Of a stretch of 64,000 nt of DNA, positions 1 to 8,080 are shown piece by piece. Position 1 is the stretch's first letter; each line of letters opens with the position of its first letter. The translations under genes were made by a program, and so were the position numbers. The notes beneath the pieces are model-generated. The model saw nothing but the letters and a program-made list of their open reading frames with translations. It had not been told where the DNA came from and made no database searches. The stretch is from Vulcanimicrobiota bacterium (GTDB lineage: Bacteria; Vulcanimicrobiota; Vulcanimicrobiia; Vulcanimicrobiales; Vulcanimicrobiaceae), in the NCBI GenBank assembly GCA_963733295.1, contig CAVTCS010000003.1, positions 1,536,001 through 1,600,000 of the forward strand, given 5' to 3'.

Positions 1-173
1 GCTCAGCATCGTTCTCTCCAATCCGACTTCGCACGAGTGGGGCAGTTACGTTCGGGTCCCATCCGGGGGCGGAGCGGGAAGCACGGAAGATCGATCCAAC
101 CCCTTCGGGTGTGCGCGAGGCCTGCGGCACCGGCCTGCCGCCCACGAGGACCCACGCAACGAAGGGGCAATCG

Positions 174-350
174 ATGCCACGATCAATGGCGTTTTATTCG
201 GTCAACGAAGTTAAGAAACCGAGACGCGTCTATCACGATAACAGTGCCTGTCCCGTAGGTCGCGACATTCCGAGGAACGAGCGGCGCAACGGCACGGCTA
301 ACTACCGGCTCTGCGAGGGCTGCGAGATACTCAACCGTCAGGGCCGCTAA
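174..350 (+). CDS. Small hypothetical protein with putative Zn ligands (YHDNSAC...LCEGC)
   Basis: In-frame part of ORF 111..350. GAAGGGG precedes ATG 174 (alternative ATG 186). His/Cys pattern. Stop is followed by the RBS of the next gene. Confidence 0.6.
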   Translation: MPRSMAFYSVNEVKKPRRVYHDNSACPVGRDIPRNERRNGTANYRLCEGCEILNRQGR

Positions 351-362
351 GGAGAAGCCGCT

Positions 363-713
363 ATGAACCGTCTTCTAAAAGCGAACTTTTTCGCTATGAT
401 CCTCGTGCTTGCGGTCGCCGGCGTTGCACGGGCCGATACGCTTAACGGAGTCATTACGGACTACGAAAGCGGCAATCAAGGCACGAACATGACTGTCAAG
501 ACGATTGATGGGAAAAATCACGTCTTGTGGTTCGACAACATGAAGAAGCCGTTGTTCGAAGGGAAAGCACTGCCGTGGTGCCCCGACTTTCCATGCGCCG
601 GCTGGCCGAAGCAACTGGTTCTTGGAAAGACGCACGTAACCGTCTACGCCGTCAACGAGACGGTTGACGGCCACGTCATCCAGACTCCGACCAAGATCAC
701 CCTATCGCACTAG
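363..713 (+). CDS. Secreted hypothetical protein
   Basis: AGGAG RBS, N-terminal signal peptide (VARA-D), CPDFPC motif. Confidence 0.75.
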   Translation: MNRLLKANFFAMILVLAVAGVARADTLNGVITDYESGNQGTNMTVKTIDGKNHVLWFDNMKKPLFEGKALPWCPDFPCAGWPKQLVLGKTHVTVYAVNETVDGHVIQTPTKITLSH

Positions 714-2389
714 CGCCGCAGAAGGTCCGGTGGCGGCGCACCTTGGCCGCGTAACTCGATGTTCAGATCGCTCAAACAGCTGTCGTGGACGTTGACGCAT
801 CGATAAACGACTGCTGGATGTTGTGCGGCGAAGGCGGCCAGAAGGCGCTCCAGCGCCGGCGATGGGCCGATCGCATACATGGTCGCGAAGCTTCGCTTCG
901 ACAGCGCGCCGGCATCGGGAACCGCTTGCACGGGATTGCGGCATTCGTAGCACTTCGGCCACAAAACGGCTTGGACGTTTGCATCGAGATAGTTCGAAAG
1001 GACGAGCGGGTAGAGTAGGTAGCCATCGCTTATGAGAAGCGGCCGCTTCGACCGGTCGATCGCTCGAGCGACCGAGATGGAGTTGTCGCTTTGCGTGCTC
1101 CACCAGGTTTGGGAAGCGGAGCTGGCGGCGCAGGAGCCGGTGGCAGCTGCAAGCAGTCCCACGAGCAACGCGTAGCCGAGCGCGGAACGCGCTTTCACGG
1201 GTGAGGCGAGCATGGAGCTCAGCCAACCCGCAACGCAAAGGTCGACCATCACCAAAGCGGGGATCAAGTAACGTTGTTCCCGGATGCGTTGGCCATGTTC
1301 GAGCAAGTCGGGAATCAAAAGCGGCAGCGTTGTCGCGAGCAGCATGATGACGACGAACAGCCACGCGCGCAGCGGCCGGTGTCGGATCACGCCGGCGAGC
1401 GAGATCACGATCAAGAGCAACGACGCGCCGGTACTCACGGCCGCAACCGGTGAGGGCGTTTCCCAATCAAAGTCGATGAAATCCAGTCGGAACGTGCTCA
1501 AGAAGGCACGCAGGATCGCGGTCCGGCTGCCGGGCGAATGAAACGTCGTCCGGAGCGATCCCGTGACCACGTTCAAATCGCGCAGCAGATAGATGCTCCA
1601 TGGAACGAATGCGGCGCATCCGAGTGCGGTCGCCGCCGCGAAACGGAGCAGCTTTGCACGGTCGTGCCACTCGACGAGCGCCGCGTACAGCGCCAAGCCG
1701 CCGAGCGCAAGGGCGGTGAGCGGGTGCACGTACAGCCCAAATGCTACGAGCATTGCGAAAAGCGTCCAAGACCCGAGACTGTCGAGCCGTAACCCCCGGA
1801 GAAACGCAGCCTCAAGCGCGAGGAGCGCCACCGTCCAGAGCGCATATTCGCGGGCTTGTTGCGCGAAGAGCACGGCTACCGGCGAAACCGCGAATAGGGC
1901 GGCCGCCGTCCAAGCCGCCACGCGAGAGCGGTAGAGTTCGTTTCCCAACCAGAACGCGCACGGAAGCGCCAGTAAGGACAGCCAAGCCGAGAGACTGCGC
2001 GTCGCAGCAACTGAGTTTCCCGCAAATCCGACCCAAAAATGCGCGAGCTCGTAGTAGATCGGCGTATGGTGCGGTTCCTCGAGCGCAAGCGCGCGAGCCG
2101 GAGCAAACGGGTCGCTCGACCCTGCCGGTGGCGCCGGATGAAGTATCGTCCACAGCGCGTGCGCGTCGCTGAGCGTCCCGGCGCGCGCGACGAGTTGCGC
2201 CTCCGTATCGCCAAACATGCGAAGTGACGAATAGACTTCGTCACCCCAGTAAACTTTTCGGTCCAAATGGTAAAAACGAAAGAACACGCCGAGCGCAAGA
2301 ACGACGAGCGTTATTGCAACGAGCGCAGCCGGAATGCTTTGCGCAGGATCAGCTGTGTAACGCGCCCGCGATGGGAGAGTCGGAACCAT
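710..2389 (-). CDS. GT-C fold membrane glycosyltransferase (family 39, PMT/ArnT-like)
   Basis: RFYHLDRKVYWGDE acidic loop, EPHHTPIYY, AQQAREYAL, about 11-13 TM helices. Start uncertain (ORF extends to 2560). Confidence 0.8.
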   Translation of the reverse strand: MVPTLPSRARYTADPAQSIPAALVAITLVVLALGVFFRFYHLDRKVYWGDEVYSSLRMFGDTEAQLVARAGTLSDAHALWTILHPAPPAGSSDPFAPARALALEEPHHTPIYYELAHFWVGFAGNSVAATRSLSAWLSLLALPCAFWLGNELYRSRVAAWTAAALFAVSPVAVLFAQQAREYALWTVALLALEAAFLRGLRLDSLGSWTLFAMLVAFGLYVHPLTALALGGLALYAALVEWHDRAKLLRFAAATALGCAAFVPWSIYLLRDLNVVTGSLRTTFHSPGSRTAILRAFLSTFRLDFIDFDWETPSPVAAVSTGASLLLIVISLAGVIRHRPLRAWLFVVIMLLATTLPLLIPDLLEHGQRIREQRYLIPALVMVDLCVAGWLSSMLASPVKARSALGYALLVGLLAAATGSCAASSASQTWWSTQSDNSISVARAIDRSKRPLLISDGYLLYPLVLSNYLDANVQAVLWPKCYECRNPVQAVPDAGALSKRSFATMYAIGPSPALERLLAAFAAQHPAVVYRCVNVHDSCLSDLNIELRGQGAPPPDLLRR

Positions 2390-2611
2390 GGGGTAGGCCC
2401 TGCAAATTACGCGAAAAAGGGTTCTCGGCATACAACGCAAGTCCGTCACGAAGCGGCGCTCTTGCGCTCTCAGGCGCCGGCGCCACCGCCGGCTCTTGAC
2501 TCCGCGGGGGCGACCTCCGGGCGACGGCGGCAAAGGTCGGGCGGGCGCAAAGCGGGTCAACTCCCGGCAGATACGAAACGGAAAGCGAGCGCTCCAGAGA
2601 AAGTGAGAACG

Positions 2612-3121
2612 ATGAGACTCAACCGATTTACAGCTGGGTTATCCATCAGTGTTGGCGCCATTATGTTCGCAGCGGGAGTCTTGAGCGGGCACGCATCCGC
2701 CGCTGCACCGGGCGTCTCCGCAGACGCCGGCTGGTGGCACGACGTGCAGCGCGATGCCCGAGCCGACGTGGTTCACGCGAGCATTGACGCCTACGAGACC
2801 GGCTGGCTGCGCGGATCGGACGCGGAAGGCGTTCGGATAATTGCGGCCCTCAAAAGCGCGGTCGCCGCTAACTTAGTGCCGGCTGCGACGCTCGCAACCG
2901 TCGACGCCATCGTCTATAAGAAATCCGCAACGGGACACTACGAATCGTATGCGCTGGCTCCCGAATTCTCGAAGACCTTTGGAGCTTACGAAGCGCTCTT
3001 GGACGATTTCTACGTGAGATATCCCAAGGCATCAACCGCGACGATCGGCGATATCATGACGTGTCTGGCAGACGTTCCAGTCTTCAGTTGTGACCAGGTG
3101 GCGAAACTCGAATCTCAGTAA
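2612..3121 (+). CDS. Secreted hypothetical protein
   Basis: ATG 2612 gives a signal peptide (HASA-A). C-terminal Cys pair. Confidence 0.65.
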   Translation: MRLNRFTAGLSISVGAIMFAAGVLSGHASAAAPGVSADAGWWHDVQRDARADVVHASIDAYETGWLRGSDAEGVRIIAALKSAVAANLVPAATLATVDAIVYKKSATGHYESYALAPEFSKTFGAYEALLDDFYVRYPKASTATIGDIMTCLADVPVFSCDQVAKLESQ

Positions 3122-3218
3122 GGCCGGTTTGCCCCGGCCCGGGGCAGCGCCCGTTATTTTGTGATGTCCGTCCGGCAATGTTTGCGCGACCGCTTACCGA
3201 AGTGCCGAGCAAGCAACC

Positions 3219-4694
3219 ATGCAGACCACGAAACGCTTGGGTTTATCTACAGCTTGGGCCGCACTCGCAACAGCCTGCCTGCTTTCAGCCTGCGGCGGCT
3301 CCAGAGCGTTGCCGTCCGGCAACGCTCCCGCTCAATTCCAGGGTTTTCGGCAATCCTTTAGCCAGCCCGACCGGATCACGGCCGACGCGGCAACCTCGTC
3401 CACATCCTGCGTCGGTTCCGATCCGAACGTTCGCGCAGCGAACAAGCCGCATGGAATGTACGTCTGGAATCCCAATCACTTCAGCGCGTTCGTCCAAACG
3501 TCGCTGCTGAGCGTCATAGGAACCGACCACACCTTGTGCGGTGTGAGTTTCGTGATCAACTGGCGCGACGTGAATCCCGCGCGCGGCGTGTACGATTGGT
3601 CGTACGTCGACGGATCCGCGGCTCCTCCGAACCTGCCTTCGCCCGCGCCTGGTGCGACCGCCATGCCCACGAACATCGCGGCGCCGTACGTCACTGCCGG
3701 TTTGCGAGTCAATTTGCTTTTCGCGGACGGTCCCGAAATCGGCACGGTGAACGACGTGACGCCGAGCTACGTGACCGATCCCGTCAGCGCCGGCGGCGAC
3801 GGCGTTCCCGTGATAAGTTGCTCTCCGATGCCGGGCAAACCCGGGCTTCCCAGCCAGCCGTACTATCCGGACCCCACCTTCGAAGCCGATTGGGCCACGT
3901 TCATCGCGGCCGCGGTCGCCCATTTCAGCGGCGAGTCGCCGATCGGCGCCCACATCGGATACATGCGCTTCGCCCAAGGCTTCGGAACCGAAGCGCTTCC
4001 CGGTCACGGGTACGACGGCCAAAAAGGCAGTTCGGATTGGAGTGCGCTTCAACCAGAATGCATGGACGCATGGACGTCTTCGTCGCTCAGCCCTTCGCTC
4101 TCGGTCGCAACGTGGAAAACCCACAGCCTGCACGTGATTCAAGCGATTTCTTCGGCCGTCGAAGCCGTGGGCTCGAGCAAGCAGATGATGATCGCTTTGA
4201 ACGGCTACACCGGCGATACACATCAGCCGATCGGCCCGTTTGGCGGCTACGCGCTCCCGAACGCGGTGGCGGCTGCTGCGGCCGCGAGCGGCATCGGGTT
4301 CGGTACCGAGAACTTGGGCGATACGAACCCGGTCATCAAACCCTGCAGCGAATCGCATTCGTCAGGCAACCTCTACTGGTGTGCACCCGTTCATGCGTCG
4401 TTCGCAGACGCGGTGCCGATCGAATTTCAGACGATAACCGAAACGACCCCAGGTGTGTCGAAGAACGGTTCGCTGAACATTCAGACGATCTTGAAATATG
4501 CGATCAACAACAAAGCCCAGATTCTGGAGTTGTATCCGTCGGAATGGTTGCGTGCCAACGGATTACCGCCTAGCCAAGGCGCGTCGGCTCCGCGACCTCT
4601 CGTCGCGACGAACTATCGCTGTGCGATGTACAAAGCGGCCGCGGTCCTCGGTCTCACCGCGCCGACGACGCCGCCTTGCAACGGAACGTACTAG
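3219..4694 (+). CDS. Lipoprotein with glycoside hydrolase-like (GH-A clan TIM barrel) domain
   Basis: Lipobox LLSAC. INWRDVNPARGVYDWSYVD resembles the W..EP..G.YDWS..D motif of beta-galactosidase-like families. Confidence 0.6.
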   Translation: MQTTKRLGLSTAWAALATACLLSACGGSRALPSGNAPAQFQGFRQSFSQPDRITADAATSSTSCVGSDPNVRAANKPHGMYVWNPNHFSAFVQTSLLSVIGTDHTLCGVSFVINWRDVNPARGVYDWSYVDGSAAPPNLPSPAPGATAMPTNIAAPYVTAGLRVNLLFADGPEIGTVNDVTPSYVTDPVSAGGDGVPVISCSPMPGKPGLPSQPYYPDPTFEADWATFIAAAVAHFSGESPIGAHIGYMRFAQGFGTEALPGHGYDGQKGSSDWSALQPECMDAWTSSSLSPSLSVATWKTHSLHVIQAISSAVEAVGSSKQMMIALNGYTGDTHQPIGPFGGYALPNAVAAAAAASGIGFGTENLGDTNPVIKPCSESHSSGNLYWCAPVHASFADAVPIEFQTITETTPGVSKNGSLNIQTILKYAINNKAQILELYPSEWLRANGLPPSQGASAPRPLVATNYRCAMYKAAAVLGLTAPTTPPCNGTY

Positions 4695-4706
4695 GTAGTC
4701 ACGCCG

Positions 4707-5279
4707 CTATTGCGTCGAGAAGACTGCACCCGGTATGAGAGCATTGACACACGCGTTCTTTCCCACTCCCGCCACCTCGACCGTATAGGTTTGCTTACTC
4801 GAAAGCATAAAGCCGGTAGCTTCGTAGTAAACCGGGTTCGAGAAAATCGGCGGCGTTTGTACGGGGGTTGGAACAGGCCTTGGAGTTGGAGTCGGTCCCG
4901 ATGGGGAGGGCGTTACGGCTGGCGTTGCGGTGGGCGTTGCACTCGGAGCAGCGCTTGACGTCGGAGCCGGGCTTGCCGGAGGCTGCGTCGGCGATGCAAT
5001 CGGTCCGAAAAGCGGATAGGCCGTCGACGGCGGCGAGTTCGGTTGATCCGTCTGAGGATTCGATGCCGCTACGGCCAGGCCCACGTTTGTGGCAAATATC
5101 GGACCCTGCGATACGATCACGATCGTTCCCGTGGAACTGGACACGGTGCTTCCGGGCACCGGAGCGACGAGCAGGACACCCGATCCCGTAGTGCAGGTCG
5201 GCACGGTGTTCGGCGGAGCGCCGCTGCCGCAGCCTGTAACGAAGAACGCTAGCGACGCTAGACAGAGTGAAGCCCGCAT
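4707..5279 (-). CDS. Pro/Thr-rich lipoprotein
   Basis: Lipobox FVTGC, PT-rich linker, AAGAAGG upstream. Confidence 0.65.
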   Translation of the reverse strand: MRASLCLASLAFFVTGCGSGAPPNTVPTCTTGSGVLLVAPVPGSTVSSSTGTIVIVSQGPIFATNVGLAVAASNPQTDQPNSPPSTAYPLFGPIASPTQPPASPAPTSSAAPSATPTATPAVTPSPSGPTPTPRPVPTPVQTPPIFSNPVYYEATGFMLSSKQTYTVEVAGVGKNACVNALIPGAVFSTQ

Positions 5280-5366
5280 GTCCTGCATCCTTCTTACGGC
5301 ACCATCGAGCGCCTCGCGGCGTGGATTCATCTTTTCACCAACAGCACCTGCGCGTCGCGGCGGCGC

Positions 5367-5798
5367 CTAGCGCTGGATTAGGTTCAGCAGGTAGGCGCGC
5401 GCGCCGGCGGCATCGCTCTTGCTCAAGAAAAGGATCGAGACTTCGTCCGTATCTCGCGTTTGCACCATGCCGGCGTTCATCGTGTTGGTGGCGGTGATCT
5501 TCTTGCTTAGGTGAAGATCGATCAGCCAGTTTTTCTTGTAAACGTACGGTTGAGTGATCGACACGACGGATTTCAGGGGCGCTGCGAACCGGAAGCTGCC
5601 CTCGGAAAACTTGCGGTCGATCGTCACCGTGCCCGAAGCGAGGCTGACCGTCTGCGTGGCCGTGCCCGGATCGGCCGGCAGCGTGACGTTCCAGTGGGGG
5701 ACATTTTGCGCGATCGCCGGGACCCGCATCAAGACGAAGGCCACCGCGACTGCAAACAGCAGGCGCCGTGAAAAGCGCGCTAGGTTCATGGCAGGCAT
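5367..5798 (-). CDS. Secreted hypothetical protein, divergent from the radical SAM gene
   Basis: 3' part of ORF 5367..6233. Signal peptide (PAIA-Q). Start at 5798 or 5789. Confidence 0.65.
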   Translation of the reverse strand: MPAMNLARFSRRLLFAVAVAFVLMRVPAIAQNVPHWNVTLPADPGTATQTVSLASGTVTIDRKFSEGSFRFAAPLKSVVSITQPYVYKKNWLIDLHLSKKITATNTMNAGMVQTRDTDEVSILFLSKSDAAGARAYLLNLIQR

Positions 5799-5897
5799 CT
5801 TCGCTTGTGCGATGCTCCACACTTCTTTCGGCGCAGCTCGCCTTCTGATACTTTGCTGGGACCAAGGATAACCGTCGATGAAGTCTAACGCTCGGCC

Positions 5898-7886
5898 ATG
5901 CGCTTCGCGCTCATCGATAACGTCCTGATCGAGCGAAACGGTGACGACGTCAGCGTCGAGCTGCAACCGCATCTGGGACTGATCGGGTTGATCGCGGCGC
6001 TGCGAGCCGGCGGCCACGAGGGCGTACTGTACGACCCGAAGATCGCCATCGGCAGCCGGGAGATCGCACTGGAACGCGGCTTCTACGCCGCCGTCGCCGA
6101 TCGGATTCTCGCTCTCCAGCCCGATGCGGTTGGATTCACGACGCTCGGCTGTAACTTCGCCTGCACCATTCGCATCGCTCACGAGCTGCGCGCGCGCCGG
6201 CCCGATCTGGCTCTGGTACTCGGCGGACCGCACGCAACGATTCTCGACCGCGAGATTCTCGCGCGTTATCCGGTCTTCGCGGCGGTCGTGCGCGGTGAGG
6301 CCGACGAGACGATCGTCCCGTTCGCGAACGCGCTCGCCGGGGCGACCGCGCTCAGCGAGGTTCCAGGCATCACGTACCGCAACCGCGACGAGATCGAGCG
6401 CTCGATGGATCCACCGCAGTTGCGCGACCTCGACGCGCTGCCGTTCCCCGCCTACGACGCGTACCCGATTCGCGAACTCGGCCTCGCGATGCTACGGGTC
6501 GACGCGGGTCGCGGTTGCCCGTTCCATTGCACCTTCTGTTCGACGGCGACGTTTTTCGGACGCCGTTACCGTCTCAAGTCAAGCGGACGGCTCGTTGACG
6601 AGCTTGACCGCTTGCACGACACGTACGGGGTGCGCGCATTCACGCTCAATCACGATCTCTTCACGGTCAACGCCCGTAAGATTCGTGAATTTTGTAATGC
6701 AGTCCGCGGCCGCGGGTATACTTGGAGTTGCTCGGCGCGCATGGATTGCGTCGACGATGCGCTACTCGCCGACATGGCGAGCGCCGGATGCAACGCAATC
6801 TACTACGGCGTCGAGACCGGCTCGCGGCGACTGCAGAAAGTCGTCGAGAAGAACCTCAACCTCGATCTATATCATCCGCGAGTCATCACGTCGCTCGGCC
6901 TCGGAATTCAAACGACCGCGTCCTTCATTACGGGATACCCGGACGAGACCCGCGCCGATCAGGATGAAACGCTGGCGATGATCGACGACAGCATCGCTCG
7001 ATACGGGCGAGAGCTCGACGTGCAGCTTCACATGCTCACTCCGGAACCGGGCACTGCGCTGCACGTCCGCTTTGCCGAAACCCTGGCCTACGACGGTCAC
7101 GTGACGGACTTCATTTTCCCCGCGATCGAGCAAGAGGACCGCGCGCTTGCCGCAAGCGATCCCAAAAACTTCGTGTGCCACTACTACTACGATAGCGGCA
7201 TCGCGCGCAGCGAAAACATCGTCGTCGTGGAGGGCTATCGCGGTCTCTATTCGCTCGATCGCTGTTTGCTTCGCGCGCTCGCAAAGGCGCACGGTTCGCT
7301 CGCCCATCTCGTGCGAGCCTACGGCGCTTTCAGCGTGCAAAGCGGTTTGCCGCTAGCGGTATCGCTCACCACCTACGTCGACGCTCATTTCGGCTCGGAC
7401 CATCCCTTGGCGGAGGCGGTTCGCTACGTCACGACCATCGCGCAGTTGCGCCCGGAGCGGCGCGAATCCGTACTTACTCCGGCTGCGAATCAGCCGATCG
7501 GGTCAGCCTCCTGCGTTCGAGCGCTCGGCAAAACGCGCGACGGCGCAGTCTTGCTCGAGCGGTTGCAGCGCGACGACGTTGCGTTCGATCTCCCTCGCGA
7601 ACATCGGCTCCTCATCGGGACTCGCGATGCCGCATCCTACGGATGCTTCGTCGTCGATGCCGAAACGACGGCGCTCGCGCGCAGTCTGGAGCGGCCGATG
7701 ACGGTCGATCAGCTCTGCGCCGGACCGGATCCGGAAGGTTCGCGAGCGCGACTGAAAACGCTCTGCCTCCTCGGCGCCGTCGCGTTCGCCGGAAATGTGC
7801 CGGAGTTACGGCCCTTGAGGCGGAGCGAAGCAGAAGCTGATCGGAACCATGAGACGCTCGACATCGGCCGGAGTGTTGGCGTGTAG
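5898..7886 (+). CDS. Cobalamin (B12)-binding radical SAM enzyme (class B methyltransferase-like) with C-terminal RRE/PqqD-like region
   Basis: N-terminal B12 domain (AVGFTT...LVLGGPHAT...VVRGEAD), RGCPFHCTFC CxxxCxxC at 6516-6539, YGVETGS, FITGYPDET. The tail (PMTVDQLC...RLKTLCLLGAV) looks like a winged helix. Confidence 0.92.
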   Translation: MRFALIDNVLIERNGDDVSVELQPHLGLIGLIAALRAGGHEGVLYDPKIAIGSREIALERGFYAAVADRILALQPDAVGFTTLGCNFACTIRIAHELRARRPDLALVLGGPHATILDREILARYPVFAAVVRGEADETIVPFANALAGATALSEVPGITYRNRDEIERSMDPPQLRDLDALPFPAYDAYPIRELGLAMLRVDAGRGCPFHCTFCSTATFFGRRYRLKSSGRLVDELDRLHDTYGVRAFTLNHDLFTVNARKIREFCNAVRGRGYTWSCSARMDCVDDALLADMASAGCNAIYYGVETGSRRLQKVVEKNLNLDLYHPRVITSLGLGIQTTASFITGYPDETRADQDETLAMIDDSIARYGRELDVQLHMLTPEPGTALHVRFAETLAYDGHVTDFIFPAIEQEDRALAASDPKNFVCHYYYDSGIARSENIVVVEGYRGLYSLDRCLLRALAKAHGSLAHLVRAYGAFSVQSGLPLAVSLTTYVDAHFGSDHPLAEAVRYVTTIAQLRPERRESVLTPAANQPIGSASCVRALGKTRDGAVLLERLQRDDVAFDLPREHRLLIGTRDAASYGCFVVDAETTALARSLERPMTVDQLCAGPDPEGSRARLKTLCLLGAVAFAGNVPELRPLRRSEAEADRNHETLDIGRSVGV

Positions 7887-8066
7887 CTCGCTTTGGATCG
7901 CTTTCGCGATGCGGGCAGGATCGTTGCTCAGCACGACGTTCTGTTGAGCGGCCGAGAGTCCGAAGGCGGTCATCGCAGCGCGGGCGGCGGAGGGGGAAGC
8001 CCGAAACGCTTCGCTCTGGCGCGGGTTTTGTGCCAATCCCAACAAAAACTGAGCAATGGATACCAC
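7806..8066 (-). CDS. Putative RiPP precursor, 86 aa: LigA/borosin-binding-domain/NHLP-clan-like helical leader plus short core (..RLMVPISFCFAPPQGP)
   Basis: AGGAGG (8082-8077) 10 nt before GTG 8066. MVSIAQFLLGLAQNPRQSEAFRASP..AAMTAFGLSAAQQNVVLSND fits the FL..L..dp.....F...P...m..fGLs..q...v pattern. Confidence 0.75.
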   Translation of the reverse strand: MVSIAQFLLGLAQNPRQSEAFRASPSAARAAMTAFGLSAAQQNVVLSNDPARIAKAIQSELHANTPADVERLMVPISFCFAPPQGP

Positions 8067-8080
8067 GGTGGCTTTTCCTC

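Noticed and set aside
1..20. Possible gene start on the minus strand (ATG at 9 with GGAGAG), sharing GAGAACGATG with the starts at 2612 and 45789
   Set aside because: Only three codons are visible, and the shared decamer is probably an RBS-spacer coincidence.
5898..7886. Housekeeping B12-rSAM (BchE, HpnP/HpnR) or a canonical borosin cluster
   Set aside because: No bch or hpn context, a long peptide-binding-like C-terminal extension, and no borosin N-methyltransferase in the window. It cannot be fully excluded without a phylogeny.
7806..8066. True LigA alpha subunit of an extradiol dioxygenase
   Set aside because: No LigB catalytic subunit or aromatic catabolism genes are nearby, and the extra C-terminal tail plus adjacent rSAM fit a precursor better.
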